DNA of 64,000 bases from Coriobacteriia bacterium (lineage in GTDB: Bacteria > Actinomycetota > Coriobacteriia > WRKU01 > WQUG01): assembly GCA_009785795.1 (NCBI GenBank), contig WQVN01000002.1, positions 8,221 through 72,220 of the forward strand, read 5' to 3'. This document shows positions 18,190-27,225 of this stretch, piece after piece. A program made the translations under genes and the position numbers. A model generated the notes under the pieces. It saw only the letters and a program-made list of their open reading frames with translations. It made no database searches and was not told the DNA's origin. Each line of letters begins with the position of its first letter. Within the stretch, counting starts at the first letter, position 1.

Positions 18190-18898
18190 TGCTCAATCGG
18201 CAGAGAACGTCCATTCTTGTCAGAATACCCCTGCACCCGATGTTTCATGCTCTGGTTCTGATAAGGCATTGCCTACACGTATTCAAGATAAATTTGCGCA
18301 ACTTGCAAGTAAGTGCCGAAAGTGCGAATTGCACAAAACGCGCACACAAGTTGTGTGGGGCAGTGGCTCTGATGCGGCTCGCATAGTTTTCATTGGTGAG
18401 GCTCCAGGACGGACAGAAGATGAAGGGGGACAACCTTTTATAGGTGCAGCAGGCAAAGTTCTTGACGAGCTTCTTGCAGCAGCAGATCTCAAACGTGATG
18501 ATATCTACATCACCAATGTCGTTAAATGTCGTCCTCCCAAAAATCGTAATCCAATGCCTGCAGAAATTGATGTTTGCAGCAAGTATCTAAAGACGCAAAT
18601 ACCAGCGATAGGACCGTCTGTCATTGTGACTCTGGGAACCTTTGCAACACGGTATGTGCTGCAGAGGAAGGATAGCATGGCAGCATTGCAGGGTCGTCTC
18701 TATCAATCCAAAGATTATCTTATTCTTCCCCTGTATCATCCCGCGGCAACCATTTATGACAGAACAAAGCGCGAGCCATTCCTTGCAGCTGCTCCACTGT
18801 TAAAGAAGCTGCTTGCAGAAGAAAGCGCAGACGATTCTGCGGAAGGGACTGCTTCCAATCATTTGTCCAATCATTCGCCTTCGCAGGAAAACACATAG
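18164..18898 (+). CDS. Uracil-DNA glycosylase, family 4
   Basis: CRKCELHKTRTQVVWGSG....IVFIGEAPGRTEDEGGQPFIGAAGKVLDELL and HPAA are family 4 UDG motifs. The start is ambiguous (18164 or ATG 18182, both overlapping the alr end). Confidence 0.8.
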   Translation: MSESTVMCSAQSAENVHSCQNTPAPDVSCSGSDKALPTRIQDKFAQLASKCRKCELHKTRTQVVWGSGSDAARIVFIGEAPGRTEDEGGQPFIGAAGKVLDELLAAADLKRDDIYITNVVKCRPPKNRNPMPAEIDVCSKYLKTQIPAIGPSVIVTLGTFATRYVLQRKDSMAALQGRLYQSKDYLILPLYHPAATIYDRTKREPFLAAAPLLKKLLAEESADDSAEGTASNHLSNHSPSQENT

Positions 18899-18915
18899 AC
18901 AGAGAAACGATAACG

Positions 18916-19410
18916 GTGTCCCCACTGCATTCTTTGCCGCACATAGAAAGTTCATCTGCTGCTCAAACGATTGACGTGGGTCACGAATTGGGAAAATGCC
19001 TTCAGCCAGGTGATGTCATTATACTGTCAGGTGATTTGGGGGCAGGAAAAACAAAACTTGCATCGGCACTCGCGCAAGGACTGGGCATTACCGAGTCTGT
19101 TACCAGTCCTACGTTTGCAATCATGAAGCAGTACACTGCAGGTAGAATCCCACTTAATCATCTGGATTTGTATCGCCTCGATGCTGCAGAGCAACTGGAT
19201 GACCTTGATTTTTGGGACATAGTTGCACCAGATGCAGGTGAAGTAGTGCTAATCGAATGGGGCGACATGTTCAAAAAGGTAGTCGCTTGTGCTGACCTGC
19301 AAGTTGTTCTGCAGATTACGGGCACAGACTCACGAACAATCGAATTGCTTTCATTAAGTGAACGTGGCACTGAACTGGCAACGCAAGTGCAAAGTAGATT
19401 GCAGCAATGA
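18916..19410 (+). CDS. tsaE: tRNA t6A37 biosynthesis ATPase TsaE
   Basis: Walker A GDLGAGKTKLASALAQGLG, SPTFAIMKQY and HLDLYRL. GTG start. It overlaps the next gene by 4 nt. Confidence 0.85.
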   Translation: MSPLHSLPHIESSSAAQTIDVGHELGKCLQPGDVIILSGDLGAGKTKLASALAQGLGITESVTSPTFAIMKQYTAGRIPLNHLDLYRLDAAEQLDDLDFWDIVAPDAGEVVLIEWGDMFKKVVACADLQVVLQITGTDSRTIELLSLSERGTELATQVQSRLQQ

Positions 19411-21020
19411 AGTATCTGCTGGCTTTTGATACATCAGGTGACGAGATCATCCTTGTTGCTGCACAGCTACTGGTAGGTGGCAGTACTGGCAAAGTGTTGA
19501 TAGAATCGTCATTGCAGGCAAAGCGTGCGGCAAACACGCAACTGCTGACTCTGATTGATGCAGCACTTGCTTCAGCAGATATCACACGCGATCAGTTAGG
19601 AGCAATAGCTGTTGGCACAACACTTGGTTCATACACTGGCGTGCGCATTGGAGTGGCAGCAGCAAAGGGCATCGCTCAGGCATTGGCCATTCCGCTCTAC
19701 GGACTCGAACTTGATCCAGGAAACTTGAATCCTCAACAGCTTCTGAGTAACTTTACACAGGCACAGGCTTTCCAGTCAGGATATCCATCAGCAGTGCTGC
19801 CACAGTACACCAGAATGTCTTATGCAGAAGAAGCCGAGCAAAAGCAACATCCTCAGCGATATCCAGCAGACGATGCACACATTACCATCCCGTTTCATTC
19901 AGAACAAGACCCTATCATTCCTGAACGTAGCGAAGAATCTTCTGCACCTCAACATCCTCAACTCCTTCTAGGAATCGAAACATCCTGTGATGAAACTGCA
20001 GTTGCGCTTATGTCGGGCACAGATTTGCTGAGCAATGTCATTGCATCCCAAGTAGTATTTCATGCACGTTTTGGTGGAGTAGTTCCAGAAATCGCCAGTC
20101 GCAAACACAGTGAGGCAATCGTTGCCACTGTTGATGAGGCAATTCGTCAGGCAGGAGTATCGCTTACAGATCTCACGGGCATTGCGGTAACTGACAGGCC
20201 AGGTCTAATTGGTGCCCTTGTGGTAGGTCATGCCTACGCAAAAGCTCTGGGCTGGGCATTGCAAATTCCTGTCTATGGAATAAACCACCTTGAAGGCCAC
20301 CTTTACGCTTGTGCTCTCGATGGCACTGATCTTCCAGTACCGCATGTCACGCTTATCGTATCGGGCGGTCATACTACATTGGTGCACTGTCCGCGACCTT
20401 TCGAGTATGAAACGATGGGTGAAACGCTTGACGATGCAGCAGGTGAGGCCTTTGACAAAGTTGCAAAGGTGTTGGGATTGGGCTATCCAGGTGGACCCAT
20501 TCTGTCGAAGCTTGCAGAGAGTGGTAACCCACATGCCATCGACTTTCCTCGTGCAATGCTGCACAGCAAGGACTATGCCTTTTCGCTTTCTGGTCTCAAA
20601 ACTGCAGTTATAACCTACATTCGCGAAGCAGAACAAGCCGGACAGGCACTTAACATTCCTGATATCGCAGCGTCCTTTCAGCAGGCAGTCGTTGACGTGC
20701 AAGTGGCAAAAGCCGTTCGTGCGGTTCAGGAAACAGATGTCAAGCACTTCATCCTTGCAGGTGGGGTAGCAGCCAATAAGGTTCTGCGCACAGCTCTTAC
20801 AGAAGCATTGGCAGACATAGATGTTGAAGTGCTCATCTCGCCCCTCGAGTATTGCGGTGATAATGCTGCCATGATTGTGCGTGCGGCAGTAGCTCGTCTA
20901 CAAACCAATGAACTTGCCTGCAAAACACCATCAGCAGAATATGCGTTAAACAGCTACCTACAACCTCTTCCTTTAACAGCAGATGCAAGTTCAACAGGCT
21001 CTCTTGATACGTCTCTTTAG
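19407..21020 (+). CDS. tsaD: Fused TsaB-like / TsaD (tRNA N6-adenosine threonylcarbamoyltransferase) protein
   Basis: aa 1-~100 (LAFDTSGDEIILVAA...LGAIAVGTTLGSYTGVRIGVAAAKGIAQALAIPLYG) are TsaB-like. A ~90 aa linker follows. From aa ~190 the sequence is canonical TsaD/Kae1 (LLLGIETSCDETAVAL...VPEIASRKHSE...INHLEGHL...SGGHT). It is a single uninterrupted 537 aa ORF. Confidence 0.85.
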   Translation: MKYLLAFDTSGDEIILVAAQLLVGGSTGKVLIESSLQAKRAANTQLLTLIDAALASADITRDQLGAIAVGTTLGSYTGVRIGVAAAKGIAQALAIPLYGLELDPGNLNPQQLLSNFTQAQAFQSGYPSAVLPQYTRMSYAEEAEQKQHPQRYPADDAHITIPFHSEQDPIIPERSEESSAPQHPQLLLGIETSCDETAVALMSGTDLLSNVIASQVVFHARFGGVVPEIASRKHSEAIVATVDEAIRQAGVSLTDLTGIAVTDRPGLIGALVVGHAYAKALGWALQIPVYGINHLEGHLYACALDGTDLPVPHVTLIVSGGHTTLVHCPRPFEYETMGETLDDAAGEAFDKVAKVLGLGYPGGPILSKLAESGNPHAIDFPRAMLHSKDYAFSLSGLKTAVITYIREAEQAGQALNIPDIAASFQQAVVDVQVAKAVRAVQETDVKHFILAGGVAANKVLRTALTEALADIDVEVLISPLEYCGDNAAMIVRAAVARLQTNELACKTPSAEYALNSYLQPLPLTADASSTGSLDTSL

Positions 21021-21033
21021 AAAGGATGCGGTA

Positions 21034-21864
21034 ATGAACATACTGGAAAAACTTGTAAGAATCGAAAACCAAATGCAGGAAATACTCGCGCGGCAGAGCG
21101 TGTCCATGCCAGCTACTGCAATTGTGCTGGGAAGTGGACTTGGGGATGTTGCTGATGCTATTGAAGACCCTCTTGTCGTTTCTTATGGTGACCTTGAAGG
21201 CTTTCCTGTGTCAACGGCGCCTGGTCATAAAGGACGTTTTGTGATTGGCGACCTAGGTGGTACTCCTGTAGTAATCATGCAGGGACGTGTTCATTATTAC
21301 GAGGGTTATCCCATGTCAGATGTCGTATTGCCTGTCCGCCTGCTTGCAAGATTGAGCGTACGCAACTTTGTTCTAACGAACGCTGTAGGTGGTCTTGCTG
21401 ATGGCATGCGAGAAGGCGACTTAATGCTTATTACCGACCACATTTCAACCTTTGTGCCTTCACCATTGATTGGGCCAAATATTGATGAGCTGGGCACACG
21501 CTTTCCTGATATGACCCATGTTTATGACGCTGATCTGCAAGACACCTTTCGCAACGCGGCAGATAAGCTAGGTATACAGCTGCGCGAGGGAGTATATGCC
21601 CAATTTACAGGACCCCAGTTTGAGACTCCAACAGAAATTCAATCAATGAAGAATCTTGGCATCGATGTTGTGGGCATGAGTACCGTGGTAGAGGCGATAG
21701 CACTGCGCCATATGGGGATCAGAGTCAGTGGTGTTAGCTGCGTTACTAACCTCGCAGCAGGCATTAGCGAGGAACTGCTTTGTGGCAGCGATGTGGTAGA
21801 TGTTGGGATAGAGGTAGGGCCTACTATGACCGCACTACTTAAAAGTGCAGTGCAACACTTCTAA
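21034..21864 (+). CDS. punA: Purine nucleoside phosphorylase (PunA/PNP family, trimeric type)
   Basis: VLGSGLG...GFP.STAPGHKGRFVIG...GRVHYYEGY...TNAVGG...GPQFETPTE...GIDVVGMSTVVE. AAAGGA lies before ATG 21034. The track ORF starts upstream, inside tsaD. Confidence 0.85.
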   Translation: MNILEKLVRIENQMQEILARQSVSMPATAIVLGSGLGDVADAIEDPLVVSYGDLEGFPVSTAPGHKGRFVIGDLGGTPVVIMQGRVHYYEGYPMSDVVLPVRLLARLSVRNFVLTNAVGGLADGMREGDLMLITDHISTFVPSPLIGPNIDELGTRFPDMTHVYDADLQDTFRNAADKLGIQLREGVYAQFTGPQFETPTEIQSMKNLGIDVVGMSTVVEAIALRHMGIRVSGVSCVTNLAAGISEELLCGSDVVDVGIEVGPTMTALLKSAVQHF

Positions 21865-22036
21865 GTAGTGGTACTGTTGGCACCCTAGGGCACACCGTAG
21901 AGCAATTCTGTGCCTGAACCCTGTGTTCACGTATGAGTTAAATACGCTGCGCGCAAGAACCAGATACAGGATTTCCCTACAGCGCACCCTAAGGCGCCTA
22001 TCATTTTTTGATTGGACTATAGGAGAAAATGCAGCG

Positions 22037-23119
22037 ATGAGGGCAATAGTTTATGACGGCATACGTACGCACTTTGATGACAGCTATCCGCGTCCAGTTC
22101 CTGTGGCAGGCGAGGCGTTGATTAAGGTTACGCTTGCTGCACTGTGCAATACTGATCGTGAAATCATGCATGGCTATGTGCCTGGCTTTAATGCCGTTAT
22201 GGGACATGAGTTCACGGGCATAGTCGAATCTGTAGAGGAAAGTGAGGGCAGCAGCTCTTCTCCATTCCTGAGTGAAGCGAAGGATCTTACGTGTTCCAGC
22301 GAAATGCATCTGCCAGGATTAAATCCTCTAAATCCAAGGGACCTTATTGGTAAGCGTGTCGTAGGTGAAATCAACTGCAGCTGCTTCGATTCAAGTTGTC
22401 CATATTGTTCAACCAATAGGTCATCACACTGTCCGCAACGTACTGTAGCAGGCATCCACAATCGTGACGGCTGTTTCGCAGACTACATCACGCTACCCAT
22501 GCGCCTACTGCATATTATTCCAGACGACTTACCCGACAAAGCAGCAATCTTTGCAGAACCTCTTGCAGCGGCTATTCGAATAGTCGAGCAATCTCAGATC
22601 CTTCCACAGCAATCAGTGGCGCTAGTGGGGGACGGACGCCTGGCTTACATGATTGGACAAATCATAGCCTTAACAGGTGCACCGCTTACCGTATTTGGTC
22701 GTCACACAGAAAAGCTTGTTCTGTATGAGCCTTTTGCCCAGACTCGACTGCTTGAGAAAACCGCAGTGGGAGAGCAGAGTGCGTCCATTGATGCGAAAGA
22801 TATGCGTGGCTATGAAGTTGTCATAGATGCAACAGGTAGCCCCAGCGGACTGGATGCTGCAATCGCGCTAACAAGGTCAGGCGGTCTACTGGTAATGAAA
22901 TCAACATATGCATCAAAAGTTGAAATCGATATGAGCGAGATTGTCGTACGAGAAATAACCATACGTGGTAGCCGCTGCGGTCCCTTTGCCCCAGCTCTTC
23001 GCTATCTTGAAAGAGGCCTCATAGCCTTGCCGCCCGTAGAGCTATTCAATCCGCAAGACTTTGAATCAGCATTTGAATCTGCAGCCTTCAAGGCTGCTTT
23101 TGACTTTACTGCTTTCTAG
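22037..23119 (+). CDS. Zinc-dependent alcohol dehydrogenase (MDR) family oxidoreductase
   Basis: Catalytic Zn ligands are in context (ALCNTD, GHEFTG), and there is a structural-Zn Cys cluster CSCFDSSCPYCSTNRSSHC. TAGGAGAA RBS lies before ATG 22037. Confidence 0.7.
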   Translation: MRAIVYDGIRTHFDDSYPRPVPVAGEALIKVTLAALCNTDREIMHGYVPGFNAVMGHEFTGIVESVEESEGSSSSPFLSEAKDLTCSSEMHLPGLNPLNPRDLIGKRVVGEINCSCFDSSCPYCSTNRSSHCPQRTVAGIHNRDGCFADYITLPMRLLHIIPDDLPDKAAIFAEPLAAAIRIVEQSQILPQQSVALVGDGRLAYMIGQIIALTGAPLTVFGRHTEKLVLYEPFAQTRLLEKTAVGEQSASIDAKDMRGYEVVIDATGSPSGLDAAIALTRSGGLLVMKSTYASKVEIDMSEIVVREITIRGSRCGPFAPALRYLERGLIALPPVELFNPQDFESAFESAAFKAAFDFTAF

Positions 23120-23170
23120 AAGGAGTGCGTCCACAAATAAGACTACGATAATTGCTTGTGCAATAACGTA

Positions 23171-24070
23171 TTAATTCAGTTGCGGTAAGGGTTTATTCGT
23201 CACCCAAGCAATACCTATTGCAGGACCTACGTGAGTACCGATTACGGGTGGAACAGGCATAACAGGAATTTCTGGATCGCTCAATAACCCATCAAGCAAT
23301 GGTCTGATTGTTGTCTCTGTCCACTCTTCTGCACGTACGACATCTGCGATGTTGTGAACGCAGGCTGATTTAAGCCCTCCAAATTTTTCACTATCGTCCA
23401 TCATAATATTTTTAATGCTGTCCATCGCACGAGGCAAGGTACGTACTTTTGCATACGTGTGAACGGTACCATCTTTTTTATCAGGCCCCAATACGGGAAC
23501 CAGCTTCAATGCAGTCCCAAGCAAAGCACTTGCACGCCCAATTCGCCCACCACGACGCAGATGTTCCAATGATTGTGGGGCAAAAACAAAACGTGTGCAA
23601 GAAGAAGTATACTTTGCCAGTTCTGTGCAAGTCTCAAGATTGGCACCTGCTGCTGCAGCTTTTGCAGCAGCAAGAACGGGATATGCCAGTGCGCGACCAT
23701 TAGAAGTGCTATCAACTATTGATATGCGACCTGCCACATCTGGACGATCCGCTTTGATTTGACGTGCCATCATGCGCGCACCTTCATAGGTTCCAGAAAG
23801 TCCACTGGCAGTAAATATCGCAAGAACGTCGTCGCCTGCATTGAGCACCTCATTAAAAGCGTCAAGAAAACTTGCAGGTGTTGGCTGTGCTGAAGTTGGC
23901 AGTGCATCAAGGTCATTAAGCGTTAAATAGTATGCGTCTGTGTCAATTTCAATCTCGGGGGTTGCTGCGCCGTCACTAACTAAAAAGAGTGTGACAACCT
24001 TTATATTGTTATCGGTGATTTCCTCTGTGGTGAGGCTTGCAGTAGAGTCGGTAACAATTTTGACTGCCAT
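23171..24070 (-). CDS. DegV family fatty-acid-binding protein
   Basis: MAVKIVTDSTASL..., SGLSGTYE and the LEHLRRGGRIGRA motif. It is a paralog of 60137..61096. Confidence 0.85.
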   Translation of the reverse strand: MAVKIVTDSTASLTTEEITDNNIKVVTLFLVSDGAATPEIEIDTDAYYLTLNDLDALPTSAQPTPASFLDAFNEVLNAGDDVLAIFTASGLSGTYEGARMMARQIKADRPDVAGRISIVDSTSNGRALAYPVLAAAKAAAAGANLETCTELAKYTSSCTRFVFAPQSLEHLRRGGRIGRASALLGTALKLVPVLGPDKKDGTVHTYAKVRTLPRAMDSIKNIMMDDSEKFGGLKSACVHNIADVVRAEEWTETTIRPLLDGLLSDPEIPVMPVPPVIGTHVGPAIGIAWVTNKPLPQLN

Positions 24071-24269
24071 GGCTTAGCTCCTTGTCTTCTAAATCCCCTC
24101 TATGATTAACGACCTGGCTGATTAAAAATTTTCCAAGGAATACAGCGTCCCTTTACTGGCGAACTTACTTTATGACGCTCTAACACAAGTCTAGTATACA
24201 ATTAGCATATTCGTCCATCGAGCTTTTATCTTCCATCGGGAATGATACCGAGGATTTGGTGTGGCAAAG

Positions 24270-24965
24270 CTAGTAATCACTGTCTGAAGTGGAATCTGTA
24301 ACGATGGCAATGCCAGATGAGGTTCCGAGCCTGGTGGCTCCAGCCTCTATCATGGCGACAGCGGTATCAAAGTCACGTATCCCACCTGAGGCCTTTACTC
24401 CCATAGGGTCACCAACATTTGATATGCCACGCCTGTGTTGATGCATTAGCTTTACAGCATGGATGCTCGCTCCGCTTTTTTCGCCCTTTAACATGCTCGT
24501 AGAAGTCTTAACGTAGTCTGCTCCAAATTTCCAGCAGAGTTCGCAGGCACGAACAGTCTCTGCATCGCTCAGCAGAGCAGTCTCGAGGATTACTTTGAGC
24601 GTTGCACCTGCAGCGTGTGCAGCATCTGCGAGCGGGGCGATATCGTCCTGCAGTGTTTGCACGTCGTTTGCCTTGAGAGCTGCGACATTAATAACTGTGT
24701 CAAGCTCATCTGCGCCATTAGCAAGTGCAAGTTGTGCTTCTTGTAGCTTAACTTCTGCCATGTGAGCACCCGTAGGAAAACCTATTACAGTACATGTTTT
24801 CACACGGCTTTCACGCAGCAAATCAGATGCAAGTTTTACCCAGATTGGATTAATGCAAACCGCGGCAAAGCCATGTTCGATAGCTTCTGCGCAAAGCAGG
24901 CGGATGTCGCTCTCGCTAGCATCTACTGCCAGATTTGTATGGTCTATGTATTTTGCTAAATTCAT
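24270..24965 (-). CDS. deoC: Deoxyribose-phosphate aldolase
   Basis: IDHTNL, a FAAVCINP context, the Schiff-base Lys region VKTSTS, and KASGGIRDFDTAVAMIEAGATRLGTSSG. Confidence 0.9.
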   Translation of the reverse strand: MNLAKYIDHTNLAVDASESDIRLLCAEAIEHGFAAVCINPIWVKLASDLLRESRVKTCTVIGFPTGAHMAEVKLQEAQLALANGADELDTVINVAALKANDVQTLQDDIAPLADAAHAAGATLKVILETALLSDAETVRACELCWKFGADYVKTSTSMLKGEKSGASIHAVKLMHQHRRGISNVGDPMGVKASGGIRDFDTAVAMIEAGATRLGTSSGIAIVTDSTSDSDY

Positions 24966-24967
24966 AT

Positions 24968-25948
24968 TTACCTCTTTGACTTGTCATATATCTCACCCAA
25001 AGCTCGGGGCATCTTATTCTTTTTGCCAAATATTGCTAGTAGCAATAGTGTAACGACAAAGGGTGCGGTCATCGCAAGATCAATTACGGCAGCTCCTGCA
25101 TCAAAGACAGGTAACAGTTGAAAGGCGGCACTGCGTGTCAGCCCAAAGATTAAACAGGCTGCAAAGGTGGGCACAATCCTCCAATTGCCAAAAATCAGTG
25201 CAGCGATAGCAAGAAAGCCAAAGCCCATGTAGATTGCAGGCGAAAAGTTGGTTGAAATCGAATAGGCAAAACTCATGCCACCAATTCCAGCAAGAGCTCC
25301 TGAAATAGCGACAGCAGTGAAGCGAACGCGTGCAACATTAATACCAGCAGCATCCAGTGCTTGCGGGTTGTCACCAGCAGCACGTACATGTAGACCAAAT
25401 CGAGTCTTGTACAGCAGATACCAGGCAAAAGCAGCGACTATCAAGATAATGAATATAAAGGGATAGACGCGGGTAAAGGCTGCTCCTAGAATGGGAATTT
25501 CCATTAAGTAAGGAATGTCCCATCTTGGTGATGTTTGCAGCATGAACCGCTCAGAGGCCTGACCAAAAATATTTGCATTAATGGTTGAAGTGAGAAAACC
25601 AGTAAGTGCTACAGATAAAATATTGATAACAACACCACTGATGACCTGATTGGCCATGAATTTGATGCATAGAGCAGCATGAAGCATTGCAAATATGGCG
25701 CCTCCCAGTGCCGCAAGGACAAAGCTTAGGTACATGGGAACATCAGAGGTTACTGCAAAAAGACTTACGGTGGACGCCACAAATAGCGCACCAGTAAAAG
25801 CGCCAAAACCCAACAGCCCTTCAAGGGCAAGGTTGACAATGCCACTGCGCTCAGAATAGATACCTCCAATTGCAATGATGAGCAGTGGCAGGGCAAAACT
25901 TAGCCCGTCAACGATGATGGCAGAATAATTAATGGCAGCAAAATTCAT
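24968..25948 (-). CDS. ABC transporter permease (BMP/nucleoside uptake type, NupQ/YufQ-like)
   Basis: Polytopic membrane protein, the last transporter gene of the BMP lipoprotein operon. It shares a 4 nt overlap with the upstream permease. Confidence 0.8.
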   Translation of the reverse strand: MNFAAINYSAIIVDGLSFALPLLIIAIGGIYSERSGIVNLALEGLLGFGAFTGALFVASTVSLFAVTSDVPMYLSFVLAALGGAIFAMLHAALCIKFMANQVISGVVINILSVALTGFLTSTINANIFGQASERFMLQTSPRWDIPYLMEIPILGAAFTRVYPFIFIILIVAAFAWYLLYKTRFGLHVRAAGDNPQALDAAGINVARVRFTAVAISGALAGIGGMSFAYSISTNFSPAIYMGFGFLAIAALIFGNWRIVPTFAACLIFGLTRSAAFQLLPVFDAGAAVIDLAMTAPFVVTLLLLAIFGKKNKMPRALGEIYDKSKR

Positions 25949-27225
25949 GATGCATCACCGCCCTTCAAGTTTTCATCATCTGCAAAAGAGCGCTTTTTGT
26001 TATCAAGCCATGCGCGCAAGAAACCTCCGCAGGCAGTGAACAGCAGTATCAAGCCTGTAATGACAGATGCAACTTCGTGACGGACACCAGCAACAGAGCC
26101 CATATAAACTGCGCCGCTGGACAAGGTTGCAATCAGGGTTGCTGCTAAAATTGCACCTAGGGGATGCACAACGCCTAAAAAGGCAACTGCAATCGAATCA
26201 AATCCTAAAGCGGGCAAGACATCAGGAGTCATTGCTGGGACGTTTGCCAGATAATGCGTGACGCCAGCAAGTCCGCCCATTGCGCCAGAAAGCGCCATGG
26301 CAAATACTATCGTTGGTCCAATCTTGATACCTGCATATTGTGCGGCCTTTGGACTTTTGCCTACGGCACTCATTTCAAATCCCTGTTTAGTTTTTGTCAA
26401 GAATAACCACAGGATAAAAGACATGGCAATTGCCACTAAAAAGCCAACAGGCAGACGCGCAGCAACTTCTCCAAATTGGACAGGCTCTGTTAAAAGACGT
26501 GCTTCAGCACTGGCAGCATTCATGTTTCGCGAGGCATGATTTAGGTGATTTGCTTTAATTAGATAGCTAGCCACATGGATGAATATATTATTCAGCATGA
26601 TGGAAGATACGACTTCATGGATGTTAAAGCGGTGCTTTAAAAATCCTATGAGAGCTCCTGCAAGTGCTCCTGCAATAGCACCTACTACTAGTACAAGCGG
26701 ACGTGCGATTAGGGCTGGTAAATCGCTGTAGCCAACCAGAACAGTGGCTGCAAATCCAGCAACAACCATCTGCCCTGCAATACCTATGTTGAATAGTCCT
26801 GCGCGCATGGCCACAACAAAACCTAGTGCTCCAAACAGTAGGGGAGTCAGACTAATGCTTAGGCTAATCAGGTCAGTCAGCTGAGACTGTCCACCACCAT
26901 AGCTAGGCTTTGGAATCCAGCCAGCACCTGCGAGGATGCCGGTAAAGACGTTAAGAGGATTGCTGCCAAGCATTAGGACCAGAATTGAAATGGCTACCAA
27001 TGAGAGTGCAATAGCAAGTAGGGGAATGGTAAGAGATTGCCAACGCTCGTTGCCAAAGCCCCTTATGAGACCCTTTGTCAGGGTGCGAGTGGCAGCATCG
27101 AGTGCTCTGTTCAATTCTTGCAGGACGTTTCGATCCTTGTCGCGCCGCCTACGCTTCTGCTCGCTTTGCTCTTGCAGTTTCTCAAGGCGCTGTTCTTCGG
27201 GGGACATCTTAGACTGTTTAGTCAT
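25945..27225 (-). CDS. ABC transporter permease (NupP/YufP-like) with charged N-terminal extension
   Basis: Polytopic membrane protein with an N-terminal ~45 aa K/R/E-rich segment. It overlaps the ATPase gene end by 8 nt. Confidence 0.8.
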   Translation of the reverse strand: MTKQSKMSPEEQRLEKLQEQSEQKRRRRDKDRNVLQELNRALDAATRTLTKGLIRGFGNERWQSLTIPLLAIALSLVAISILVLMLGSNPLNVFTGILAGAGWIPKPSYGGGQSQLTDLISLSISLTPLLFGALGFVVAMRAGLFNIGIAGQMVVAGFAATVLVGYSDLPALIARPLVLVVGAIAGALAGALIGFLKHRFNIHEVVSSIMLNNIFIHVASYLIKANHLNHASRNMNAASAEARLLTEPVQFGEVAARLPVGFLVAIAMSFILWLFLTKTKQGFEMSAVGKSPKAAQYAGIKIGPTIVFAMALSGAMGGLAGVTHYLANVPAMTPDVLPALGFDSIAVAFLGVVHPLGAILAATLIATLSSGAVYMGSVAGVRHEVASVITGLILLFTACGGFLRAWLDNKKRSFADDENLKGGDAS

